Positions 29,212 through 38,090 of a DNA stretch of 57,793 nucleotides are shown in pieces. A program made the translations under genes and the position numbers. The notes under the pieces are model-generated. The model ran no database searches and was not told the origin of the DNA. It saw only the letters and a list, made by a program, of their open reading frames with translations. Within the stretch, counting starts at the first letter, position 1. Every line of letters starts with the position of its first letter. The DNA is from Candidatus Zixiibacteriota bacterium (GTDB taxonomy: Bacteria; Zixibacteria; MSB-5A5; UBA10806; 4484-95): assembly GCA_029932605.1 (NCBI GenBank), contig JAOZPT010000007.1:355-58147 (forward strand), given 5' to 3'.

Positions 29212-29357
29212 AATTCATCCTCCTATTTAATACTTTTTTATCAAATATCGGAGAAAAGGGGAAAAACTTGAATTTTAAGTTTTTAGAATGGCCGAAACGA
29301 AACATGTAGTATACAGTAAATTCCATTAAAAAAAAACGAGAGCCCTTCAGGCAACTA

Positions 29358-29732
29358 TTAAAAACTGTACCTGATGCCGATCTGGTTAACGGGCTTATCG
29401 ATAAACGTTCCGTGTATCCGCTGATAGTTAAGAGAGATTTTATCTAATACCGGTTTAACTATACCGATCTCTAAGTAATAGTCGGTGTCGTGTCCTGGTG
29501 TCATTTTGCGGTTGAAATCGGCAGTGAATTCAATACTGAAGTCGGTTAATATTTTTATATAATTTATTGAGACTATCTGCAATGTCTGGCCTGCGTTATC
29601 GCCATCGTCTAAAAAATTTTGAAAAAGTGACACCTCGTTGACCACTGGCTCAAATGAAAAGGGTTGCGTTTGGGCGGAAACCAAAGAAAATCCCATGAGC
29701 ACCAAAGCACATATCAAAACTATCCTGAACAA
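29358..29732 (-). CDS. Small secreted beta-strand protein with C-terminal Phe
   Basis: Strong RBS AAGGAGG before TTG; signal peptide ending VSA; ends GIRYSF. Confidence 0.65.
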   Translation of the reverse strand: MFRIVLICALVLMGFSLVSAQTQPFSFEPVVNEVSLFQNFLDDGDNAGQTLQIVSINYIKILTDFSIEFTADFNRKMTPGHDTDYYLEIGIVKPVLDKISLNYQRIHGTFIDKPVNQIGIRYSF

Positions 29733-29771
29733 AATTTCCTCCTTGTTAAGGCTGTAAAATCCAAGTAAAAT

Positions 29772-30431
29772 TTAAATAGCAAAGGATGAAACGATTTCAT
29801 CGGTTTTGGTGATGTAGGCGAACCCGAACGCCATCCCACGTAAAGCGCCAAGTTGTAACTGTTCGTTTACAGAGCCTACTGCGTCAGCTGGCACGAGACA
29901 TCGAATATCGCGGAAATAAGCGTCCCGTACCGTGGACTCCACACATATATTTGACATAACACCGCAAAAAACAATATCGGTGATGCTCAGACAGCGAAGA
30001 GTGATATCAAGATCGGTGTTATAGAAAGAAGAGTAGCGGTGCTTTTTAATAACTTTTTCACCGGGAAGAGGGGCTAAGTGCTCAATGATTTCAGATTCCG
30101 GGGTGCCATCAATACACATATCCTGCCACCACCAGGCCAGAATGCCTCCGTCCAGCTCGACTGATTTATGAACGTGCTTTGTATAAATTACCGGTCTCTT
30201 ATACGACCGAAATGCTTTGATCAATTTCTGACAATTAGGAACGATGGCCGGACCACTTTCTGTGAATGAGGAAGAATTACTATCTAAAAAGAACTTTTGC
30301 ATGTCTATTACAAGTAGGGCCGCTTTCGGTATATCAAGATTCATTTTATGCTGATTATAAGGTTTTATTTCTTTAAGCCATTGCTCTGTTTTACTCCTTA
30401 TGTTTTCAACCGTTACATAAGGTTTTTGCAT
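29772..30431 (-). CDS. Isochorismatase-family cysteine hydrolase
   Basis: LLVIDMQ, KHRYSSF, NICVESTVRDA (Asp-Lys-Cys triad). Confidence 0.9.
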   Translation of the reverse strand: MQKPYVTVENIRSKTEQWLKEIKPYNQHKMNLDIPKAALLVIDMQKFFLDSNSSSFTESGPAIVPNCQKLIKAFRSYKRPVIYTKHVHKSVELDGGILAWWWQDMCIDGTPESEIIEHLAPLPGEKVIKKHRYSSFYNTDLDITLRCLSITDIVFCGVMSNICVESTVRDAYFRDIRCLVPADAVGSVNEQLQLGALRGMAFGFAYITKTDEIVSSFAI

Positions 30432-30487
30432 AATATCTTCCTTTCAACCGTATTTGACGTATGGATTATTTTTAACTGATTAGGCTA

Positions 30488-30901
30488 TTATTCTCCAATT
30501 ATCTTTATAACCATCCGCTTCCGTCTCCGGCCGTCGAATTCGGCGTAATAAATCTGTTGCCAGGGGCCAAGGTCAAGATGGCCATCCGTAACAGGCACAA
30601 CCACCTGATGGCCAATTAACAGGTTTTTCAGGTGGGCATCGCCATTTGTTTCGCCGGTTCTGTGGTGGCGGTAGTCCGGGCCCTCTGGAGCAAGTTTCTG
30701 AAGCCATTCCTCAATGTCAGCTATAAGACCCGCTTCAGCATCGTTGATATAAACACCGGCGGTGATATGCATGGCGCTGACTAAACAAAGTCCTTCCTTT
30801 ATGCCGGATTGATTTACCTGCTTTTCCACCATATCGGTGATTAAGATATATTCTCGTTTCTTTTTGGTATTGAAATAATGATAGTGGGTGTGAGATTTCA
30901 T
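30488..30901 (-). CDS. yjbQ: YjbQ / UPF0047 family protein
   Basis: [28 protein letters not shown]. Confidence 0.9.
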   Translation of the reverse strand: MKSHTHYHYFNTKKKREYILITDMVEKQVNQSGIKEGLCLVSAMHITAGVYINDAEAGLIADIEEWLQKLAPEGPDYRHHRTGETNGDAHLKNLLIGHQVVVPVTDGHLDLGPWQQIYYAEFDGRRRKRMVIKIIGE

Positions 30902-31010
30902 AATCTCCTCCTCGGTTTGGGCTTATATATAAGAGTATTGTTGTAAATATTCACATGATTTTTTTATTTGGCAAAGGCAGGATACCGAATTTTGTAGGGA
31001 CATAATATTA

Positions 31011-31170
31011 GAATCTTTCTCAAAAGCACAATTTACCAGTAACCAGTTATCGCGAGGAGCAAAGCGACTAAGCGATCTATGTAACATATAGAATTGTTCC
31101 GCCTTGCTCGCAAAGACTATTTTTGTAATCCCGGTATAAAATCAATATTTTGACTTTTGAGACACTTTCC
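31011..31170. mobile_element. Degenerate miniature inverted-repeat element with an internal palindrome
   Basis: Inverted repeats TCTCAAAAG (31018-26) and CTTTTGAGA (31154-62) flank gttatcgcgaggagcaaagcgactaagcgatct...aattgttccgccttgctcgcaaagac. Confidence 0.45.
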
Positions 31171-31309
31171 TTATTTCTGGCCTTTTCTTGTTACCGACCG
31201 TTACTTGATAAAATACAAGTTGGTAATAAAACAAATATCGAGATTTGTCGATCGTACTGTTATATAAATATGGAGTGCAACTACTCAACTAACTTATCAT
31301 GAAAAGATA

Positions 31310-32026
31310 TTATTTTTTGTTTCTTTTGTCTCCTTTCTTCCTCTGTCGTTTTGTCTTGGAAAGGCCTAAAACCTCATTACGATGAATAGCTATCGAGGCC
31401 TTACTTCTATTCAGAGCCACCGCCATCTGACCATCGGTCATACTATTATAATTTTTCAATATAAAATGGTCCTCCTCGTTGGAATAACCCTTAACAAACC
31501 GTTTGGGCTTTCTCAATATTCTATTGCGATGATGGGTAATAGAAATCAGTGACCGTTTTAACTTCTTGGCAATAGCGATATCAGTCATTTTTTGGTAGTT
31601 TCCAAGTATAAAATTGTCTTCCTCAGGGCTAAAATTTCGCCGGTTGATTTTCTTTTTACCCAGCACAATCAGGCGGCGATAGATTATAGATTTTAGCGGT
31701 TTACCTAGTTTTTCAGAGAGCATCCCATCGGTCATATTACGGTAATTTTCAATAATAAATCTGTCATCATTCTCAGAAAATTTATATTTACTTTTTCTTC
31801 GGTGAAGTCTATTTTTTAGAGCCTGCTTGCGAGAGCGACGTTTAATGCCAAGATGTTTGAAAATCAACTGTACATATTGCCGACTGCATCCGTAATGATC
31901 ACCAATATCAGTCAACGAAAACTTGTCCTCATGATACATCCGATAAAGTTCATCCTTTTCGTCGACCATCCTTTGTTTTAAAGAACGGACCGGAACCATC
32001 TTCTCTCCCTTTTTTAATTTATTCAA
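31310..32026 (-). CDS. Basic multi-HTH protein: N-terminal HTH plus three 49-aa Myb/SANT-like repeats
   Basis: SLTDIGDHYGCSRQYV HTH; three repeats of (F/Y)Sxx(D/E)DxFIxxNYxxMTDxxxxxxLx(R/K)xxxSI. Alternative start at ATG 31999. Confidence 0.75.
   Translation of the reverse strand: MNKLKKGEKMVPVRSLKQRMVDEKDELYRMYHEDKFSLTDIGDHYGCSRQYVQLIFKHLGIKRRSRKQALKNRLHRRKSKYKFSENDDRFIIENYRNMTDGMLSEKLGKPLKSIIYRRLIVLGKKKINRRNFSPEEDNFILGNYQKMTDIAIAKKLKRSLISITHHRNRILRKPKRFVKGYSNEEDHFILKNYNSMTDGQMAVALNRSKASIAIHRNEVLGLSKTKRQRKKGDKRNKK
31343..31783 (-). repeat. Three tandem 147-bp coding repeats
   Basis: Residues 82-130, 131-179 and 180-228 align without gaps. Confidence 0.8.
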
Positions 32027-33845
32027 CAGTTACACTTTTTGCGAGATTCCTGGGCTGGTCTACGTCGCACCCCCTCAAAACGGCCATGTGATATGCCAAA
32101 AGTTGAAGTGGTATTATCGATATCAAGGGAAGCACAAAATCATTTGCCTCAGGTATATAAAATACATCATCAACTAATGAAACAATGTCATCATCCCCTT
32201 CGGTCGCAACAGCAATAACATTGCCCTTACGAGCTTTAATCTCCTGAATATTAGAGATGATTTTATCATATGCCGAATCTTTAGGTGCTAAAACGACTAC
32301 CGGCATATTTTCATCGATTAAGGCTATGGGACCATGTTTCATCTCTGCTGCCGGATAACCCTCAGCATGTATGTATGATATCTCTTTAAGTTTTAATGCT
32401 CCCTCAAGAGCAACCGGGAAATTAACTCCCCTCCCCAGATACAAAAAGTTGTTCTTCTTATAATATCTTTTAGCAAGATGTCTTACATCATCATCCTTTT
32501 TCAAAACCTCAGCTACCTGCTCTGGAACTTTATCAAGCGCCTTGATAAGCTCCTCTCCTTTTTCAAATGACATGTTGCGCATCCTCGCCAGAAGAATTGT
32601 AATTAACGAAAGCACCATGATCTGCGAGGTGAAAGCCTTGGTGGAAGCTACCCCTATTTCAGGACCGGCATGAATATAAACTCCACCGTCAGTCTCTCTG
32701 GCTATGGTTGAGCCTACAACATTACATATACCAAGACCGGTTGCGCCTTTACGTTTGGCTTCATGCAACGCCGCTAATGTATCGGCCGTTTCACCGGACT
32801 GGGATATCACAAATACTACAGAGCCAGGATTGATAATTGGACTGCGATAGCGGAATTCCGATGCATATTCAACCTCCACCGGAATACGGGCATACTCCTC
32901 GATCAGGTACTCACCGATAAGAGCCGCGTGCCATGATGTGCCACAGGCAGATATTATCACTCTGTTTATCTCGTGCAGTTGCTCATACTGAAGGTTTAAA
33001 CCCTGAAGCCTGGATGTTCCCTCCTCAAAATTAAGTCTTCCTCTCATAGCGTTTCGTAACGTTGCTGGCTGTTCCATTATCTCTTTAAGCATGAAATGCG
33101 GATAGCCACTTTTTTCAATCATATCTAACGACCACGAGATGTCCTGAATTTTTGGGCTTACATGAGCCTTATCGATTGTGGAAATGATGAAATTATCCTT
33201 GGTTATCTCTGCCAATTCGTTGTCCTCAAGATAAACCACCTGGTTGGTATGACGTAAAATTGCCGCTACATCGGAGGCTAAAAAGTTTTCCCCCTTACCG
33301 CGACCAACTACAAGCGGAGAGCCAAGCCTGGCCGCTACTATTTTATCAGGTGTGTCAAGGCAGATAACACCGACTCCATAAGTTCCCTCAACCTGTGTTA
33401 AAGCTATACGAACAGCCTCCAGAAGATCACCCTCAAAATGTTCTTCTATCAAATGCGCCAGTATCTCAGTATCTGTATCTGTTATGAATCTATGGCCTTT
33501 TTCTTTAAGGAATTTTTTCAAACTGGAATAATTCTCTATAATACCATTGTGGACAACAGCGATCTTACCGGTGCAATCTAAATGGGGGTGAGCGTTGATG
33601 TCAGTTGGCTCACCGTGGGTGGCCCACCTAGTATGGCCAATTCCCAATTTAGAACTATATTTTTTCCCCACCAGTAATTTTTCCAGAGCAGTTATCTTAC
33701 CAGCAGTCTTTTGAAAAATCATGTCTGAGTTTTCGATAAAGGCAACACCGGCCGAATCATATCCACGATATTCAAGCCTTTTTAACCCTTCTATTAAGAT
33801 TGGTAGAGAACTTCTTTCACCTATATATCCAACAATTCCACACAT
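32019..33845 (-). CDS. glmS: Glutamine--fructose-6-phosphate aminotransferase
   Basis: MCGIVG, HTRWATHG, SQSGETADT, PRNLAKSVTVE. Confidence 0.98.
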   Translation of the reverse strand: MCGIVGYIGERSSLPILIEGLKRLEYRGYDSAGVAFIENSDMIFQKTAGKITALEKLLVGKKYSSKLGIGHTRWATHGEPTDINAHPHLDCTGKIAVVHNGIIENYSSLKKFLKEKGHRFITDTDTEILAHLIEEHFEGDLLEAVRIALTQVEGTYGVGVICLDTPDKIVAARLGSPLVVGRGKGENFLASDVAAILRHTNQVVYLEDNELAEITKDNFIISTIDKAHVSPKIQDISWSLDMIEKSGYPHFMLKEIMEQPATLRNAMRGRLNFEEGTSRLQGLNLQYEQLHEINRVIISACGTSWHAALIGEYLIEEYARIPVEVEYASEFRYRSPIINPGSVVFVISQSGETADTLAALHEAKRKGATGLGICNVVGSTIARETDGGVYIHAGPEIGVASTKAFTSQIMVLSLITILLARMRNMSFEKGEELIKALDKVPEQVAEVLKKDDDVRHLAKRYYKKNNFLYLGRGVNFPVALEGALKLKEISYIHAEGYPAAEMKHGPIALIDENMPVVVLAPKDSAYDKIISNIQEIKARKGNVIAVATEGDDDIVSLVDDVFYIPEANDFVLPLISIIPLQLLAYHMAVLRGCDVDQPRNLAKSVTVE

Positions 33846-33861
33846 ATATTCTCCAAATAGC

Positions 33862-35211
33862 TCAATAGATCATTTTCTCGACGGTATCGGCTAGTTCTTT
33901 GGCTTTGCCATAATCAAAAGCCTCACTGATAATTCTGACAACAGGTTCGGTATTGGAAAGCCTTAACTGTAACCAGCTATCATCGAAAATAATCTTTAAA
34001 CCATCTCTTCTATCGATTTTTCCGCCACCAAAAACTTTCTCAATCCTGTTAAAATTGACCCTCTTACCTGTAAGGCTCACCTTTCTCTTTAGCATATGTG
34101 TTCGGGGAATTTCCTCTGCAAGCTCTAACACCGTCTTGCCACTGGAGGCCATATACTGTAATATTACAGCTACAGCCATTAATCCATCCCGGCCATAATG
34201 CATATCAGGATATATCAATCCGCCATTTCCCTCACCTCCAACAACACCACCAATCCTCCTCAATTTCTCGGTGACATTTATCTCGCCAACTCTGGTGCGA
34301 TATATCCTAACGCCTGCCTCCCGGGCAACATAATCGTTTATCATCGATGAAGAAATATTAATCGCTACCGGTCCCTTTTTTTTGGTAAGGATATATCTCA
34401 TCCCTAAAGCCAGCGTATATTCCTCTCCCAATGGCTTTCCTTTGTTGTCGACAATAGCCACACGATCACCATCCGGATCGAAAGCGAAACCGACATCGGC
34501 TTCAAATAACCTTACCTGTCGGCAAAGCTTTTTCAAGTTTTCAGACACCGGTTCAGGCGGTCTTGGGAATCTGCCATCGGGAATGGCATTGATAAGTTTG
34601 ATAACACAGCCAAGAGCATTGAACAACTCAGCGGAGATATAAGAGGTAGCACCGTTGACACAATCAACCACAACACGAAATTTTTTTCTTTTTATTAAAA
34701 ATGGATTGATTATATCAAGATCAAGTATTGCCTTAACATGTTTTAAGTCCCAACCCTCCTGAATGCAATAAGAACCAACTTTTTTGGACGATCCAACATT
34801 TTTCCCTTTGAAGCCATCAGCTTGATTGTATAATCGAATTAATCTCTTGATTTGAGATTCCGTTAAAAATGTTCCTTTCGACCCAATAAGTTTTAAGGCA
34901 TTATATTCTATTGGATTGTGGCTGGCTGTAATAGCCATACCACCAGCAGAACCAGATTTATTAACTGCAAATTCCACAGTTGGTGTAGTAACCACCCCTA
35001 TATCGATAACATTACAACCCGATGCCATCAAACCGGCTGAAACAGCTGAAAAAATCATAGGTCCATGGTAACGGGTATCCCTGCCGAGGACTACGTCACC
35101 TTCTTTGAGATACTTACCAAATACTCGGCCATATTTCAACGCTACCTCGGGCGTCAATGAATCGCCTACAACTCCCCTTATTCCAGAAACTGAAACTAGT
35201 AAATCTCCCAC
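33862..35211 (-). CDS. glmM: Phosphoglucosamine mutase / phosphohexomutase
   Basis: SGIRG, TASHNP, DPDGDR, GEGNGG, SNTEP; adjacent to glmS. Confidence 0.88.
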   Translation of the reverse strand: MGDLLVSVSGIRGVVGDSLTPEVALKYGRVFGKYLKEGDVVLGRDTRYHGPMIFSAVSAGLMASGCNVIDIGVVTTPTVEFAVNKSGSAGGMAITASHNPIEYNALKLIGSKGTFLTESQIKRLIRLYNQADGFKGKNVGSSKKVGSYCIQEGWDLKHVKAILDLDIINPFLIKRKKFRVVVDCVNGATSYISAELFNALGCVIKLINAIPDGRFPRPPEPVSENLKKLCRQVRLFEADVGFAFDPDGDRVAIVDNKGKPLGEEYTLALGMRYILTKKKGPVAINISSSMINDYVAREAGVRIYRTRVGEINVTEKLRRIGGVVGGEGNGGLIYPDMHYGRDGLMAVAVILQYMASSGKTVLELAEEIPRTHMLKRKVSLTGKRVNFNRIEKVFGGGKIDRRDGLKIIFDDSWLQLRLSNTEPVVRIISEAFDYGKAKELADTVEKMIY

Positions 35212-35334
35212 TTTAAAAATCTCTCATAAGAAACATATACTAGTGCTTTTTAAATAAATAAAGTATACTATACAATGTCAACTTAAAAATAATATTACCC
35301 CTTTTTGAAAATTTGCAATAATCAAAAATTTAAC

Positions 35335-35363
35335 TTGACACTCATCTTAATATATAATAGTAT
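35335..35363 (+). promoter_or_regulatory. Probable sigma70 promoter of the hybrid kinase
   Basis: TTGACA-17 nt-TAGTAT. Confidence 0.45.
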
Positions 35364-35519
35364 AAAATTCCATATTTAAAGGGTAACACTAAGTTGCCCG
35401 TCTGCAGATGGTTAAGTTGGATTGTCAACTACCTAGCTAAGATGTAAATGTATAAAAACAAACACCTGGCAAGGTAGCAAATATTGTTTGGTAAACCTTA
35501 AAAATAACGATGGTGATAT

Positions 35520-37784
35520 ATGTTAGAAATAAAATTTAAAGAGTTTGGGAACAAAAGCAAAATTATAATAATAACCACTTTTTCTGCTTGTGCTATCGGT
35601 ATCATGCATTATTTCCATACGACAGTTGAAACCGGCACTGTTTTTACACACTTCTTTTATATACCCATTATTTTGGCATCTTTATGGTGGAAAGAAAAAG
35701 GTTTGGTGGTACCCTTATTTTTGGCAACAGTGTTGATACTAAGCCACAATTTCCTAAGAATAGACATTACAACTATCAATGATTATTTCAGAGCTATGAT
35801 GTTCATGATTGTCGCTCTTATAGTGATTGCATTAAGTAATCATATCGACAAGATGGAAGAGTATCTTAAAAAAACACTGAAGGATAACAAGAAGTTGTTT
35901 TCAACAACTCTCAATAGCATAGGTGATGGAGTAATCGCCACTGATACAGAGGGTTATGTAATACATATTAACCCTGTCGCCGAGTCCTTGACAGGATGGA
36001 AACAGAAGGAAACTGTTGGGAAATGTCTAAAAGATATCTTCAATGTTGTAAATGAACATACCGGTAAAAAGATCGAGTACCCTATTAATAGGGTGATTAA
36101 AAATGGTTTAACAGTAGGTTTAGAAAATCATACCATATTAATAGCTAAGGATGGAACAAAACGGCATATTGACAATAGCTGTGCTCCAATTAAAGACGAC
36201 AAAGGAAATATCGTTGGAACCGTTCTGGTTTTCCGTGACATAACCGAGCGCAAGCAACAGGAGAAGTCCCTGGCGGATGAGAAAGAACAGTTGGCCGTAA
36301 CATTGCGCTCGATAGGCGATGGCGTCATCACAACAGATACAAGAGGAAATGTAGTTTTATTTAACAAGGTTGCTGAAGAAATAACCGGTTGGCATGAGGA
36401 GGAAGCAAAAGGAAAACACATTAATACTGTTTTTAAGATAATAAATGAAACTACACGTAAGAATGTTGAAAATCCAATAGAAAAAGTCATGAGAAAAGGC
36501 ATGGTAATAGGGCTTGGCAATCATACAGTTTTGATATCCAGAGATGGTACGGAAAAGCTTATTGCCGACAGCGGTGCTCCCGTCCGCGATAAAAAGGGCA
36601 ATATTATCGGCGTGATTTTAGTGTTCAGAGATGTCACTAAGACCAGGCGCATGCAGGACTTCGCAGCCCGTGCCCAAAGGCTCGAAACAGCCGGCAGGAT
36701 TGCCGGCCAGATAGCCCATGATTTCAATAACCTCCTGGGTCCGCTCATAGCATACCCAGATTTCATAAAGGAAACGCTGCCAAAAGACCACCCAGCACTG
36801 GAATATATTGATGATATGGAGAAGTCCGCTGAACGGATATCTGAAATAAACCAACAGCTCCTTACCCTTGGCAGAAGAGGCCACTACAACCAGGAACCGA
36901 TGAATTTAAATGAAATAATAAACAAAGCGGTAAACCAGATGGAGCCAATCCCCAATACGCTGATAGTCAACCTAGATCTTAAAAAAGATCTGATGAATAT
37001 AATGGGTGGCCCTTCCCAAATCTTTAGAGTAATCTCAAATCTTCTGACCAACGCCCGGGAAGCAATGCAAGACATCGGCCAACTAACAATAAAAACCGAA
37101 AATTATTATGTGGATAAAATGTTTGGTAAATTCGGGCGTGTCCCCAAAGGTGAATATGTCAAACTCACCATCGCTGACACAGGTTGTGGTATCCCCGATA
37201 ACATCATACCAAAAATATTCGACCCATTTTTCACAACTAAAACCACAGACAAAGTGAGAGGCTCCGGGTTGGGTTTAAGTGTTATCCATGGTGTAGTCAA
37301 AGACCACAACGGTTATATCGATGTAGATACCACTATCGGCAAGGAAACATCCTTTTATCTATATTTTCCGATTACACGCGAAACCGTGGAAAAAATCGAA
37401 GATGACCGGATTGTTGGAGGCTCTGAAAAGATTCTCATTGTCGATGATGATCATGTCCAGAGAGAGGTCAGCCTTAAATTATTGGGAAAACTCGGCTATG
37501 AAGCTTTAGCAATTAACAGCGGAGAAAAGGCTCTAAGTATCATTAAAGATGACCCGCATGACTTAATAATTCTGGATATGATCATGCCCGGAGGAATTGA
37601 CGGGGCAGAGACTTACCGTAGGGTTCTGGAAATAAATCCCAACCAAAGAGCGATTATCGTATCCGGTTATACCGAAAGCGACCGGGTTAAAGAAGCGATC
37701 GATTTGGGGGCAGGCACTTTCATCCGAAAGCCGTTGACCCTTAAAACAATCGCTCATGCAGTAAGAAAAGAGCTTGATAGATAA
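35520..37784 (+). CDS. Membrane-bound hybrid histidine kinase (TM - PAS - PAS - HisKA - HATPase - REC)
   Basis: Two SIGDGVI PAS/PAC repeats; AHDFNNLL; NAREA, DTGCGI, FDPFFTTK, GLGLS; receiver VDDD..LDMIMP. Confidence 0.93.
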   Translation: MLEIKFKEFGNKSKIIIITTFSACAIGIMHYFHTTVETGTVFTHFFYIPIILASLWWKEKGLVVPLFLATVLILSHNFLRIDITTINDYFRAMMFMIVALIVIALSNHIDKMEEYLKKTLKDNKKLFSTTLNSIGDGVIATDTEGYVIHINPVAESLTGWKQKETVGKCLKDIFNVVNEHTGKKIEYPINRVIKNGLTVGLENHTILIAKDGTKRHIDNSCAPIKDDKGNIVGTVLVFRDITERKQQEKSLADEKEQLAVTLRSIGDGVITTDTRGNVVLFNKVAEEITGWHEEEAKGKHINTVFKIINETTRKNVENPIEKVMRKGMVIGLGNHTVLISRDGTEKLIADSGAPVRDKKGNIIGVILVFRDVTKTRRMQDFAARAQRLETAGRIAGQIAHDFNNLLGPLIAYPDFIKETLPKDHPALEYIDDMEKSAERISEINQQLLTLGRRGHYNQEPMNLNEIINKAVNQMEPIPNTLIVNLDLKKDLMNIMGGPSQIFRVISNLLTNAREAMQDIGQLTIKTENYYVDKMFGKFGRVPKGEYVKLTIADTGCGIPDNIIPKIFDPFFTTKTTDKVRGSGLGLSVIHGVVKDHNGYIDVDTTIGKETSFYLYFPITRETVEKIEDDRIVGGSEKILIVDDDHVQREVSLKLLGKLGYEALAINSGEKALSIIKDDPHDLIILDMIMPGGIDGAETYRRVLEINPNQRAIIVSGYTESDRVKEAIDLGAGTFIRKPLTLKTIAHAVRKELDR

Positions 37785-38090
37785 CAATGGGTAAAAGTCG
37801 CTATCAACGCTGGTTTTTCTTAAGTAGTTGCCGCCGGAGAAGTCTAATTTTGAGTTCTTGTTGATGACTCTTTAAATAATTGCGCCGGATAGCTCGATCA
37901 AGAATAACTCTATTTAACAGGTCAATCCCTTATCACCTATTCTCTAGCAAACAAAAACGAGTTAAGCTCGATTGGTTTTAATCGATTCTTTTTTGAAGAA
38001 ATCCCGAGACAGCCTTTTTCAAGCACTTATAAAGCTATCTGAGACTAAGACCAGACTTGCTTTTAAGGAATAACGGCCGGTTTCTTCTTC

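Noticed and set aside
33846-33861. glmS ribozyme
   Set aside because: Only 16 bp separate glmM and glmS, leaving no room for it.
35380-35500. Possible riboswitch in the hybrid kinase leader
   Set aside because: Only a short hairpin (gggtaac/gttgccc); no recognisable aptamer consensus.
37785-38090. Imperfect inverted repeats between the kinase and the C25 protease
   Set aside because: Too degenerate to call a terminator or mobile element.
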